NCBI GenBank assembly: GCA_000503835.1
Contig: CP006914.1
Location: 45,790-109,789, forward strand
Direction: 5' to 3'
Source: a candidate division WWE3 bacterium RAAC2_WWE3_1
GTDB taxonomy: Bacteria > Patescibacteriota > WWE3 > UBA101185 > UBA10185
Length of the DNA stretch: 64,000 bases
Below are positions 31,207-41,524 of this stretch, in pieces (the first letter of the stretch is position 1; each line of letters opens with the position of its first letter). The translations under genes were made by a program, and so were the position numbers. The notes below the pieces were generated by a model that was not told the DNA's origin, did not search any database, and was given only the letters and a program-made list of their open reading frames with translations.

Positions 31207-31821
31207 ATGAAGATTCTATTAATGGGACCCGCCGGCTCAGGAAAAGGCACACAGGGGGAAATGCTTCACAAGCGTCTCGGTTTGCCTTTGATATCGGTGG
31301 GACAGACTTTGCGGGATCTTTCACCCGGGCACCCGTGGTATAACGAAATTAATGAGACCATATCGAACGGCAACCTCGCACCCCACGACAAAGTCGCTGA
31401 AATCTTAAAAGAAAAAACTACGGCTCCGGGTTTTGAAAAAGGTTATATTATGGACGGCTGGGGAAGAACTACTGTAGATCTGGAATATTTTGACCCCGGC
31501 TACGATAAGGTCTTTTTTATAAACATACCCCGTGAGATTTCTTTAATAAGGCTTTCCACCAGAAGAACATGTGAAACGTGCGGTGCCGTTTATAACGTGG
31601 TGTCTAATCCTTCGAAAGTAGAAGGCGTTTGCGATAAGTGCGGGGGCGCGCTCAGGCAAAGAGACGATGACAAAGAAGAAGCGATTTTAAAAAGACTCGA
31701 AATATTTACCAACGAAACAAGCGAGCAGATACAGAAATTCCGTTCCGAAGGAGTTCTGGTTGAAATTGACGGTTCGGGGACTCCCGAAGAAGTCTTTGAG
31801 GAAGTAAAAAAGCACTTATAG
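31207..31821 (+). CDS. adk: Adenylate kinase with Zn lid
   Basis: GPAGSGKGTQ, CETC...CDKC, QRDDD. Confidence 0.95.
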   Translation: MKILLMGPAGSGKGTQGEMLHKRLGLPLISVGQTLRDLSPGHPWYNEINETISNGNLAPHDKVAEILKEKTTAPGFEKGYIMDGWGRTTVDLEYFDPGYDKVFFINIPREISLIRLSTRRTCETCGAVYNVVSNPSKVEGVCDKCGGALRQRDDDKEEAILKRLEIFTNETSEQIQKFRSEGVLVEIDGSGTPEEVFEEVKKHL

Positions 31822-31885
31822 GGTGTTCATCGTGTCAGATTCCCTTTTCTAGTCCTTTCCCTGTCTTTGAGATATAATTTCTTTG

Positions 31886-32878
31886 ATGTCCGTACTTACA
31901 GGCAGAAAGAAATCGAATATTGTAAAAGATTGGCGTCAGCGACCTAAATCTATCGAAAAGTTCCAGTTCGTGCACCACTTTTTACCCCATCCCGAGGATA
32001 AGAAGCGCGCAACTTTGCTTTCCAACAAGGCCATAATTGTATATTGTGCCGCGATGTTGCTCATAGCCGGCATATTCAGATTCTTGCCCAAAGTAGTGCC
32101 GGGAGTTCTCGGGTATGCTTCGGATATTTCGGTAAAAGATCTTCTGACCTACACAAATATGAAAAGAAAAGAAGCGGGGTTTTCCGAACTGCGTCTAAAC
32201 TCCTCGCTTACCTCTGCCGCGTATCAAAAAGCTGAGGACATGTTCAAAGATCAATATTGGGCACACATCTCTCCCGCCGGTACCGAACCCTGGGATTTTA
32301 TTTTGGGACAGAACTACGATTACATCTACGCCGGAGAGAATCTTGCCAAAAATTTTAAAAATTCAAAAGATGTGGTAGAAGCTTGGATGAAGTCCTCTTC
32401 TCACAGAGAGAACCTTTTGAGCCCGAACTATGATGAAATAGGCTTTGCCGTCGTCAACGGTGTCATGGAAGGATATGAAACGACTTTGGTCGTGCAATTC
32501 TTCGGCAGACCAAGGAACGCCGCCCAGGTGGCCTCCGTTTATGAAGAACAGACAGTCCTGGAAAAAGAATCTGCAAGAACTGCGGCAGTATCCGAGAGGG
32601 AGGGGGAACCCGCGACCGAAGGCACCTCGGAGTCTGTACAAAAATCGGTATACACGCAGGCACCTTCTGAGGAACCCGTCATTGACCTGACTACCGCGAC
32701 CAAGACGGTCAGTGCAGTTTTCGGCGGATTTGTCGGTACACTTTTGGCATTAGATGTTTGGTACTCAAGACGAAAGGGATTGCATAAATTTACGGGTCAC
32801 ACTGTTGCCCATCTGGGTATTCTCATTCTCGTGGTCGCCAGTATATGGTTCGTTTTAACACCGGGAATTGTTCTATGA
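31886..32878 (+). CDS. Membrane-anchored CAP (SCP) domain protein
   Basis: YWAH, AGENLA, AWMKSSSHRENL; N- and C-terminal TM helices. Confidence 0.9.
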   Translation: MSVLTGRKKSNIVKDWRQRPKSIEKFQFVHHFLPHPEDKKRATLLSNKAIIVYCAAMLLIAGIFRFLPKVVPGVLGYASDISVKDLLTYTNMKRKEAGFSELRLNSSLTSAAYQKAEDMFKDQYWAHISPAGTEPWDFILGQNYDYIYAGENLAKNFKNSKDVVEAWMKSSSHRENLLSPNYDEIGFAVVNGVMEGYETTLVVQFFGRPRNAAQVASVYEEQTVLEKESARTAAVSEREGEPATEGTSESVQKSVYTQAPSEEPVIDLTTATKTVSAVFGGFVGTLLALDVWYSRRKGLHKFTGHTVAHLGILILVVASIWFVLTPGIVL

Positions 32879-33135
32879 AAGAAAAAAGCGGTACACACGT
32901 TGTTGAATATTCCGTTCTGCTGATCCTCACATTCATAATAGGTTTGTTGTTCTATTATTTCAGATACAATCACGGAGTTCTGATATTTTTGTCTGGGGTC
33001 TTATCTTTCGCATACATCCTTTGGGGTTTGGTACACCATTATTTTGAAGGCAGGTTGACAAGATTTATTGCCGCCGAGTACATTGTGTTCGGCGTACTCA
33101 TTTTTCTCCTGCTGTATACTGTCCTGAATTTCTAA
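32875..33135 (+). CDS. Small three-TM membrane protein of unknown function
   Basis: Hydrophobic ORF with WGLVHH; ATGA overlap with the upstream stop. Confidence 0.75.
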   Translation: MKEKSGTHVVEYSVLLILTFIIGLLFYYFRYNHGVLIFLSGVLSFAYILWGLVHHYFEGRLTRFIAAEYIVFGVLIFLLLYTVLNF

Positions 33136-33137
33136 AT

Positions 33138-34259
33138 ATGAAAATAGTTATCGTAATACCTACTTATAACGAAGCAGACAATATCGGAAGGCTTGTTGAT
33201 ATTCTTCAGCAGGAGTTTCTTAAAAGGCCCGGGCATGATTTTCACACTCTCGTCGTCGAGGGAAATTCTCCCGACGGTACGGCAAATGTAGTGCGTGATA
33301 AAATGAAGACCCATGAAAACGTCCACTTGTTAATGGAGAAAGAAAAAGCAGGTTTGGGAGCCGCCTACGTTTACGGATTCAAGGAAGCGATGTATGAGAT
33401 GAAAGCTGATGTGATTGTCGAAATGGACGCTGATTTTCAGCACGATCCCAAAGACGTCGTCAGACTCGTAGACGAAATAGATAAAGGTTACGACTACGTT
33501 ATAGGTTCAAGGTTTGCAAAAGGCGGGAGTATCCCTGAAGAGTGGGCGTTCAAGCGTAAATTTTTTAGTGTGGGCGGCAACATTTTCTCAAAGATCGTTC
33601 TGGGCATTTTTAACGTAAATGATTTCACGTCAGGTTTTAAAGCATCCAGGGTCAAAGGATTTGTAGACCGTTTGCCGTTGGACACAATTCTGTCCCGGGG
33701 ATTTGCATATAAGATTGACCTTTTATTTAAGATGCACAGACTTGGGGCGAAAATAAAAGAGGTTCCCATAAAGTTCGGTCTGCGTGACCGCGGCAATTCC
33801 AAAATGGAGAATAACAATATGACAGACTCTCTGAGAGTTGTTGTGACCCTTAGATATAACGAAAATAAAAATTTCGTAAAATTTCTTGCGGTGGGAGGAA
33901 TAGGGTTTATAGTTGACGCCGGTCTTTTCAATATATTAAGGATTGGTACCCTGAGTTCCCGTAACTCCGCGCTGGCCTCCGGCTTTACTGCCATGATGGT
34001 GACATTTATTTTAAATAACTACTGGTCGTTCGGAGAAAGGAAGATTGACGGAACGAAAAAGAAAGTGGTGGGATTTATCGTTTATATTATTTTTTCCTCT
34101 ATACCCATAGCAGTACGTTCAAGACTTGTAGGATTTTCCGTTAGTATGTTCGGGGATACAGCTCTTGTTTCAAATACAGCTTTCCTAATTGGTATAATAC
34201 TTGGGTTGATATGGAATTTTACAGTTTATAGTAAAATAATTTGGAAGGGCAAAAAATGA
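33138..34259 (+). CDS. GT2 polyprenol-phosphate glycosyltransferase (DPM-synthase-like) fused to a GtrA domain
   Basis: IPTYNE, SPDGT, MDADFQH, GSRF; C-terminal KFLAVG...WSF...WNF. Confidence 0.9.
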   Translation: MKIVIVIPTYNEADNIGRLVDILQQEFLKRPGHDFHTLVVEGNSPDGTANVVRDKMKTHENVHLLMEKEKAGLGAAYVYGFKEAMYEMKADVIVEMDADFQHDPKDVVRLVDEIDKGYDYVIGSRFAKGGSIPEEWAFKRKFFSVGGNIFSKIVLGIFNVNDFTSGFKASRVKGFVDRLPLDTILSRGFAYKIDLLFKMHRLGAKIKEVPIKFGLRDRGNSKMENNNMTDSLRVVVTLRYNENKNFVKFLAVGGIGFIVDAGLFNILRIGTLSSRNSALASGFTAMMVTFILNNYWSFGERKIDGTKKKVVGFIVYIIFSSIPIAVRSRLVGFSVSMFGDTALVSNTAFLIGIILGLIWNFTVYSKIIWKGKK

Positions 34260-35014
34260 ATTACTCAATAGTTATACCCGCATATAACGAGGCGGACAAA
34301 ATATCTTCCTCATTAACACAAGCTGTGAATTTTATGAAAATTTTTACGGACACTTTTGAAATTATTGTGGTCGATGATGGAAGCAAGGATGCCACGGCGG
34401 CTATAGTGGAGGAATACTCGGTAGAAAATCCTGAGGTTAGGGTGATAAGAAATTCCCATAAAGGAAAAGGTTTCGCAGTGTTGACCGGAATGAACGCCGC
34501 AGTAGGAGATCTTATATATATGGCAGACGCCGATCTTTCAGCTCCCATGTCAGAATTAAAAAAACTTGCAATTTGGGTTATCGATCAGAACTTTGACATT
34601 GCTATCGCTTCAAGGGAAGGGATAGGCGCCGAGAGAGTCGGCGAACCTTTTTATAGACACATGATGGGAAGAGTATTTAATCTCATGATACAAATTATTG
34701 CACTGCCCGGAATACGGGATAGCCAATGCGGATTCAAACTTTTCAGGGGTTCGGTTGCGAAAGATATTTTCAAAAGAATGAGGATTTACGGCAAAAACAT
34801 GAAAGAGTTGGACAAACCGTATACAGGGGCTTGGGATGTTGAGGTTTTGTACTTAGCCAAGAAGTTAGGGTATAATGTCAAACAGGTTCCGATCGTATGG
34901 ACGCACGTTAAAACCACACGGGTTAGCGCGGTGCGCGATTCCGTTAAAATGGCGTTCGACGTTCTGAAGATAAGGCTGAACGATCTTATGGGCCTTTACA
35001 ATACTGCCAAGTAA
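34256..35014 (+). CDS. GT2, dolichyl-phosphate glucosyltransferase-like
   Basis: IPAYNE, VDDGS, GKGFAV, DADLS, DSQCGFKLF. Confidence 0.9.
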   Translation: MNYSIVIPAYNEADKISSSLTQAVNFMKIFTDTFEIIVVDDGSKDATAAIVEEYSVENPEVRVIRNSHKGKGFAVLTGMNAAVGDLIYMADADLSAPMSELKKLAIWVIDQNFDIAIASREGIGAERVGEPFYRHMMGRVFNLMIQIIALPGIRDSQCGFKLFRGSVAKDIFKRMRIYGKNMKELDKPYTGAWDVEVLYLAKKLGYNVKQVPIVWTHVKTTRVSAVRDSVKMAFDVLKIRLNDLMGLYNTAK

Positions 35015-35068
35015 GCACCTCATAAAAGTCATTAAGTATATATTTCGGGGTGTAAATTTTATAAAACT

Positions 35069-36454
35069 ATGAAACTATGCGTAATAGGGACAGGTTATGT
35101 AGGTTTGGTAGGTGCCGCTATTTTTTCCGACTGGGGTAACGATGTGGTCGGTGTCGACATAGATACCGAAAAGATAGAAAGAATAAAAAAAGGCGAAATG
35201 CCTATTTATGAACCCGGGCTTTCGGAAATTGTTTTAAGAAATATTTCACAGAACAGACTCACGTTCACAACCTCGATTGCCGACGGAATAAAGGACGCCG
35301 AAGTTGTTTTTATATGCGTGGGAACCCCTCAAAGCGACACAGGAGCCGCAGATTTATCGGCGGTGTGGGAAGTCGCCAAAGATATCGGAAGGAACATGAA
35401 CGGCTACAAAGTTATCGTTACAAAAAGTACGGTACCGGTGGGAACTAACGAAAAAATAAAAATGATCATCAGAGAAAATCTTCCCGGTCCGCAGATCGAG
35501 TTTGATGTGGCGTCAAATCCCGAGTTTTTGAGAGAAGGTTCATCGGTTGAAGATATGGCCGCTCCGGACAGAACTGTTGTGGGCGCCGAATCCGAAAAAG
35601 CGCACTCGGTAATGAGAAGACTTTATGAGCACCTGAACACCCCTATCGTAGAATGCGATCTTAGATCGGCTGAGATGATTAAATATGCCTCGAACGGATT
35701 TTTGGCTGCTAAAATCTCATTCATAAATGAGATAGCCCAGATCTGCGAAAGAGCGGGAGCTGACGTTACCGTTGTAGCAAGAGGCATGGGTCTGGATAAA
35801 AGAGTCGGTGCAGCTTTTTTGAACGCAGGTATCGGCTATGGAGGAAGCTGTTTTCCTAAGGATGTTGCGGCTTTGTACAAAACTTCGACCGATCAGGACT
35901 ACGACTTCAAGCTTTTGAGAAGTGTTATGGAAGTCAACATAGCCCAAAGAGAGAACTTCATGAACAAGGTCCTCAGACATTTCGGTAAGAATCTTTCGGG
36001 AAGAACCTTCGCCATACTCGGTTTGGCTTTTAAGGGAAACACTGACGATATAAGAGACTCAGTTTCAATCGAGCTGTGCAAAAAATTAAGAGGACTGGGT
36101 GCCAAACTTAGAGTTTACGATCCCGAAGCAATGTACAACGCCAAGCAGGCGTTGGGTGCCGTAAATGTAGACTACTGTCTGGATAAATACGAGACCGTGC
36201 AGGGTGCTGACGCTTTATTCGTGCTCACCGAGTGGAAAGAATTTGCTACAATCGAGCTCGATAAGGTTAAAACCTTGTTAAAATCACCTGTAATATTTGA
36301 CGGAAGAAATCTATTGGATCGTGCAAAGGTTGAGGGAATGGGCTTCACCTATTTTGCCGTTGGTAAAAGAACTAACGGTATGGTTAAAATAGATACAAGG
36401 AATCTGTACCAGACAGTATTACTTAACACCAATGGTTCAACCGGGCAGCACTAA
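35069..36454 (+). CDS. ugd: UDP-glucose 6-dehydrogenase
   Basis: GTGYVG, KSTVP, NPEFLREG, GYGGSCFPKD. Confidence 0.95.
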   Translation: MKLCVIGTGYVGLVGAAIFSDWGNDVVGVDIDTEKIERIKKGEMPIYEPGLSEIVLRNISQNRLTFTTSIADGIKDAEVVFICVGTPQSDTGAADLSAVWEVAKDIGRNMNGYKVIVTKSTVPVGTNEKIKMIIRENLPGPQIEFDVASNPEFLREGSSVEDMAAPDRTVVGAESEKAHSVMRRLYEHLNTPIVECDLRSAEMIKYASNGFLAAKISFINEIAQICERAGADVTVVARGMGLDKRVGAAFLNAGIGYGGSCFPKDVAALYKTSTDQDYDFKLLRSVMEVNIAQRENFMNKVLRHFGKNLSGRTFAILGLAFKGNTDDIRDSVSIELCKKLRGLGAKLRVYDPEAMYNAKQALGAVNVDYCLDKYETVQGADALFVLTEWKEFATIELDKVKTLLKSPVIFDGRNLLDRAKVEGMGFTYFAVGKRTNGMVKIDTRNLYQTVLLNTNGSTGQH

Positions 36455-37649
36455 AAAGAAAGTCGTAATCTTCGTACCGGAATTTCCGGTGCTGACGGAG
36501 ACTTTCATTGAACGTGAGCTCGCTAAAATAGCCGAAAGAGGAAATCTGGATGTTTCCATCTTATCTCTACGAAAAGGTTCCGGTGAAGTAAGCCCGGTGT
36601 TAGAGCCCCTCATAAGATATAAAAGACTTTCTGTTCCGAACGCCATTCTGTCCTTTAGATTTTTTTTCATAGCAGGTAAAAATATTTCCCGGGCTTTGGG
36701 TATTTTGAGTTCGTGCGGTATGCCCGCGGTTCATCGTTATTACACTTTGTTAAAAGGCATGGGTTACGCTCAGATTTTTTCTTCCTCCAAACCCGATCTT
36801 ATACTTGCTCACTTTATGTCGGAGTCCAGCACTATTGCAATGGTGGCGGCGGTAGTGCTCGGCGTCCCTTACGCGGTGTCTGCTCATGCAAAGGATGTGA
36901 CTGTCAGGCCTCATTGTATGAAAGCAAAGATTGAAAATGCGGCTTTTGTTTTGATATGCAATAAACACGCTTACGAAAGTTGTGTTAGGTCAACTGACCG
37001 GGATCACGCCCTCAAAATTTTATTAAGATATCATGGCCTTGATATTTCCGGGTTTCCGAGAGCAGGAAGTAAAAGCGGTGTTCCGGTAATACTAAATATC
37101 GGACGTCTCGAAGAGAAAAAAGGGCAAAAGTACCTATTGGAAGCGGCAAAAATCCTCCGTGACGAGGGTATAAAGTTTAAATTGATCATCGTCGGTCCCG
37201 GAAGTTTGTACGGGAAACTTAACGAACTGACCGGAGCTTTAGGACTCTCGGATGAGGTTGAGATCTTAGGAGGAGGCACGGGTCTGCCCTTTTCGGAAAC
37301 ACAAAAATATTATTCCCGCAGTGACGTTTTTGTATTTCCGGGTATTAACACGGATGAAGGAGACGCCGACGGTATTGCGAATGTTTTGCTCGAAGCTGCC
37401 GCTTCGCACTTACCTATTGTGGCTACAGACTCGGGAAGCACAAAAGAGTTTCTGGAAAATGATGTCAGCGGGGTCATTGTTCCGCAAAAAAACCCGGCGG
37501 CTTTAGCTGACGGCCTGAAACGTATTTTAAACGACAAAGAACTAGCAGACAGACTTGCGGAGGAAGCATATCGAAAAGTATCTTCGGAATTTGATATCGA
37601 AAACAATGCCGCAGAATTGGAAAATCTTATCATAAAGGAGTCTCTCTAA
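36432..37649 (+). CDS. Glycosyltransferase family 4
   Basis: ETFI.RE, GRLEEKKG, DGIANVLLEA. Confidence 0.9.
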   Translation: MVQPGSTKKKVVIFVPEFPVLTETFIERELAKIAERGNLDVSILSLRKGSGEVSPVLEPLIRYKRLSVPNAILSFRFFFIAGKNISRALGILSSCGMPAVHRYYTLLKGMGYAQIFSSSKPDLILAHFMSESSTIAMVAAVVLGVPYAVSAHAKDVTVRPHCMKAKIENAAFVLICNKHAYESCVRSTDRDHALKILLRYHGLDISGFPRAGSKSGVPVILNIGRLEEKKGQKYLLEAAKILRDEGIKFKLIIVGPGSLYGKLNELTGALGLSDEVEILGGGTGLPFSETQKYYSRSDVFVFPGINTDEGDADGIANVLLEAAASHLPIVATDSGSTKEFLENDVSGVIVPQKNPAALADGLKRILNDKELADRLAEEAYRKVSSEFDIENNAAELENLIIKESL

Positions 37650-38840
37650 ATGAACATTGCCGTATTTATAAAATCCACAACCTTTAGCGGTTCTTATGGA
37701 GGATTGGAAACTCAGAACAAACTTTTATGCGAAGGACTGGTTTCACGCGGCCACAAACTTACTATATTTACTCCCCGGTTTGCACGAGAAAAAGAACAGG
37801 CAATTGAGAACGGAGTTAAGTATATTTTTGTCGAATGCAAGACTGCTCAGTACAGCTCGCTGACTGTCTCAAAAAAGGACAGTTGGGCGGAAAAGTCATG
37901 TGAAGTATTCCGCATGACACACAGCGGGGAAAAATTCGAATTAATAATCGGACAGAGTTCCGGCGCGGCGGGTGTAATTAAAAATAAGGAAGAGTTCGGT
38001 TTACCCATAGTTTCCATTTCTCACGGAACTAAGATGGGAGAATTTCAGACAAAGATTAAAAGTGATTCGTCGGTCAGGGGTTTGATGAAATCTTTTCTTG
38101 ATCTGCCTCACGTTTTGAAGAATTTCTTCACGGTACAAAGAGAATTCGTGCACGGTTCCAACATTGTGGTAGCCGTGTCAAACTCAGTAAAAAAAGCTTT
38201 GGTAGACGAAACTTTTGTTGAAGAAACTAAAGTTAGAGTAATTAACAACGGCATCAAGCCCCTAAATGTGGAGACGGTTGATGGTGGCAGAAACATAGGT
38301 AAATTCCGTTTGCTCTACGTCGGTCAGTTGATCCGCTCAAAAGGCATCGGAAAATTGGCAAAGTTGTTGCTGGCTGACAATATGAAGGATTTTACTTTGG
38401 ATATTGTCGGTTCCGGAGAATTGCAGGAAGAACTGGGGGAAATATCCGGAAAAAGCGAAGGAAGGATTAATTTGAGGGGAAAGCTTGATTATGCCGAAGT
38501 CCTGCGTATGTATAATCCGGCAAGGTTTGACGCTTTTGTCTTTCCTACGTCAAGAATAGAGGGTTTTCCCATGGTTCTGGTCGAGGCCATGTTCGGCCGG
38601 CTTCCTGTGGTGGCCTTCAACCTGGGCGGAGTTTCGGATGCGGTTACCGACGGGGAAACCGGGTACCTTGTAGATCCGGGTAAATTCGACGTTTTTAAGA
38701 ATAAGCTTGTAGAACTGAAGAACGATCCGGAGTCAGCACGAAAGATGGGTGTTAATGCTTTAAATAAGGCAACGGAGAGATTTACGCTTGATAAAATGTT
38801 AGACTCTTATGAGGAAATATTTAAGGAACTAAAAGCATGA
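37650..38840 (+). CDS. Glycosyltransferase family 4
   Basis: GGLE, VGQL..SKG, EGFPMVLVEAM. Confidence 0.9.
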   Translation: MNIAVFIKSTTFSGSYGGLETQNKLLCEGLVSRGHKLTIFTPRFAREKEQAIENGVKYIFVECKTAQYSSLTVSKKDSWAEKSCEVFRMTHSGEKFELIIGQSSGAAGVIKNKEEFGLPIVSISHGTKMGEFQTKIKSDSSVRGLMKSFLDLPHVLKNFFTVQREFVHGSNIVVAVSNSVKKALVDETFVEETKVRVINNGIKPLNVETVDGGRNIGKFRLLYVGQLIRSKGIGKLAKLLLADNMKDFTLDIVGSGELQEELGEISGKSEGRINLRGKLDYAEVLRMYNPARFDAFVFPTSRIEGFPMVLVEAMFGRLPVVAFNLGGVSDAVTDGETGYLVDPGKFDVFKNKLVELKNDPESARKMGVNALNKATERFTLDKMLDSYEEIFKELKA

Positions 38841-40030
38841 ACATTTTAAGAATAGTTTATGACTGGCCAAATCCTTGGCAAGGGCTGGCTCCCCATCCTT
38901 ACGAAATTACGGCGGCACAGTTGAAACAGGGGCATAAAGTTACTTTGTTCTGCGGGCAGTGGCCAAATTCGGGCGGCCCTGTTAAGATCGACGGGCTTGA
39001 GATTAATGCGATAGACCGTGAGCCTTATCCCGACACAATTTTTTTTACCAGCAGTGTAGTTCTATTTTTTCGTTATTTAAAATACAGAAAAAAGAACAAA
39101 CCTGATGTAATCCACTGTCACGGGCATTTTGCGGTATGGATTTACGCTTACAGGACGTTTTTGAAAGAACATTTTCCCTGGGCTAAAGAACTTAAGATAC
39201 CTTTGGTTGTTCACTTTCACAATACCGCAAAAGGCAGATGGGTTACTTTTGAAAAAGAAGGAAAGTCTATAAAACCCATGTCGAAAATGTTGGGTTGGCC
39301 GATGGCCGTGTTTTCGGATAGGATGGCAGTGAAAGCCGCCTCCGCGTGTGTTTTTGTGAGCGAAGATAATAAAAAGGAAGCTCAGGAATATTACGGAGCG
39401 AACCCGAACAAATGTTTTTTGATCGAAACCGGTGTGAACACCGAGTTGTTCGTGCCTGTCGGTGACGAGGAAAAAGGAAAATCCCGCAGGGAGATAGGTT
39501 TAGACAGGTTCGACAAAGTTATTCTCAACCACGGTGTGCTGAACGAGAGAAAAAATATTCACCTATTGATCGACGCCCTGGCGTTACTCCCCGATGATTA
39601 CAAACTTATGCTTTCAGGTTCAGGCGATCCGGCTTACGTAGAAAAGCTCAATGAGCAGATGAAACTTAAAAAAGTTGAACACAGGGTGATAAGAACGGGC
39701 TATACTCCTTATCCCCATGTTCCGATAGCCTATCAGGTGTCAGATATATTTGTGCTGCCCTCTTCGTGGGAAGGACTGCCAAAGGCAGTTATGCAGGGGT
39801 TGTCCTGCGGGATTCCCTGTCTGGTCTCCGGTTTTAAAATAAATGAAGATATCAGGGGAGTTTTTTATCTTGAAAATATGGAACCTCAGACCATAGCCGA
39901 CAGAATTGTGGAAATAACAAGTGTGCCGAAAGATGTTGATGTTCAGCTTATAAGATCGAAATATTCATGGAATAAGAAAATTGAGGCTATAGATGAAATA
40001 TATGACTTTGCAACCAAAAATTATATTTAA
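38837..40030 (+). CDS. Glycosyltransferase family 4
   Basis: RKNIH.LI, FVLPS.WEGLP. Confidence 0.88.
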   Translation: MNILRIVYDWPNPWQGLAPHPYEITAAQLKQGHKVTLFCGQWPNSGGPVKIDGLEINAIDREPYPDTIFFTSSVVLFFRYLKYRKKNKPDVIHCHGHFAVWIYAYRTFLKEHFPWAKELKIPLVVHFHNTAKGRWVTFEKEGKSIKPMSKMLGWPMAVFSDRMAVKAASACVFVSEDNKKEAQEYYGANPNKCFLIETGVNTELFVPVGDEEKGKSRREIGLDRFDKVILNHGVLNERKNIHLLIDALALLPDDYKLMLSGSGDPAYVEKLNEQMKLKKVEHRVIRTGYTPYPHVPIAYQVSDIFVLPSSWEGLPKAVMQGLSCGIPCLVSGFKINEDIRGVFYLENMEPQTIADRIVEITSVPKDVDVQLIRSKYSWNKKIEAIDEIYDFATKNYI

Positions 40031-41522
40031 GTATCTACCCTACGTTCTGTTCATTCTCGTGCATTTTTTTCTTTTAAATGTGAACACGGCGGAGTGGGGA
40101 GACTCATATAGAATACTCAGAGCTTCGGAATTTATAAGGGACGGGAGTTACCCTGAGGACGAAAAAAGACCACCTTTGTATTCTCTTGTGTTAGCCGCGA
40201 GACCCGCGGCAGCAGACCCCGTACTTTGGGCCAGGGGATTTATGTTACTGGCAGGTTTGGCCGGAATGTTTTTATTCGGGAAGTTTTTAAAGCAATACAT
40301 CAGGAACGAACGCTTCGTTTTTATCGGCATGTTATTTTTGTTGCTCAATCCTGATTTCTTATACTGGTCGATCCGGGTTATGGCGGATGTTCCGTTCGCA
40401 CTTTTAGCCCTTCTTGGAATTTACTTGTATAGAAAATGGAAGGATAATTGGACTTTTAAACGTTATTTCTTACTCGGTATTGTGGCCGGGCTTTCTATTT
40501 TAACCAGATTCGAAGGTTACATACTCGCGGCATCACTGTTCCTGTCTTTATTTATAGAACATAGGAAAAAGATCAAATATTATGTTTATTACGGGTTAGG
40601 TATTTTGCTTGTTGTTTTACCTTGGTTTTTGTACAGAAGTCCGTTTGCGTCTGAATACCTGGAAGAACCGGCAGGCCGCACTTATGACTGGACGATGATC
40701 TGGATTTACTTTGCCAGCCTATTAGCACTGTACGGGTTTGTTCCGGCATTTGCCCTACTCTCTGACCGCAAAAAGGATATATTCAGACTCTTTAAAAAGG
40801 AGCCTCACATTTCATTTTTCTTATTTTTCGAGCTCTTGTTAATACTTTTGTGGCCGGCGGCTATTCCGAGACTTTTTGTTGCGGTCGTGCCTATTTTAAT
40901 TCTTGTACTTACCCTGGTTTTGGAGAAATGGTGGGAGGACGGGAGGGAAAGCAAGAGTGTTTACGTAACGGCGGTGTCCTTACTATTATTTTATGTAGGT
41001 TCTCAGTTTTTTCTTAAATTGCAGTTTTTAATTTTAAATAAGGTACTTTTCACGACTCTGTTGATACTGCAGGTCGCTGCACTTTTATTTATCGTGAAAA
41101 AGAAATTCCGGCCGGCCGCAGTTTTGCTGGTTCTCACAATGTTATTTTGGTCGGTGTTTGTTATAAGACTGCACAAAGATATTTTTATTTCCGTAAAGAA
41201 CGCCGCCGAATACACCGTACGTAATCTTGAAGGCAAGGTTGCCTATAACGATGTCAGCAGTGTGTCCGACTTTTATCTGAATGTTTTGGATACTCCTAAG
41301 ATTTCCGGTTTTTATTACAACACGGAAAGTAAAAAGAATTTAACCTACGAGGCTTTACATCAGACGGGCGCCGATTATTTTTTAATTACAAACGAGCACA
41401 ACACTACCATGGAGCTGGATCTTGACTCCAGACCGTACTTAACTCCCGTGAAAGATTTTAGTTATAATGTAAACGGAGCCGAATTTTTTGCTAAAATTGT
41501 AAAGTTTGAGCGGAAGGACTAA
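40002..41522 (+). CDS. GT-C/ArnT-like polytopic glycosyltransferase
   Basis: WGDSY, RPPLY, MADVP, LTRFEG; many TM helices; start uncertain (39993 or 40002). Confidence 0.75.
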   Translation: MTLQPKIIFKYLPYVLFILVHFFLLNVNTAEWGDSYRILRASEFIRDGSYPEDEKRPPLYSLVLAARPAAADPVLWARGFMLLAGLAGMFLFGKFLKQYIRNERFVFIGMLFLLLNPDFLYWSIRVMADVPFALLALLGIYLYRKWKDNWTFKRYFLLGIVAGLSILTRFEGYILAASLFLSLFIEHRKKIKYYVYYGLGILLVVLPWFLYRSPFASEYLEEPAGRTYDWTMIWIYFASLLALYGFVPAFALLSDRKKDIFRLFKKEPHISFFLFFELLLILLWPAAIPRLFVAVVPILILVLTLVLEKWWEDGRESKSVYVTAVSLLLFYVGSQFFLKLQFLILNKVLFTTLLILQVAALLFIVKKKFRPAAVLLVLTMLFWSVFVIRLHKDIFISVKNAAEYTVRNLEGKVAYNDVSSVSDFYLNVLDTPKISGFYYNTESKKNLTYEALHQTGADYFLITNEHNTTMELDLDSRPYLTPVKDFSYNVNGAEFFAKIVKFERKD

Positions 41523-41524
41523 AT

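Noticed and set aside
9762-31324. Numerous antisense and nested ORFs over rpo and ribosomal genes
   Set aside because: Shadow frames of conserved genes with no recognisable motifs or signals.
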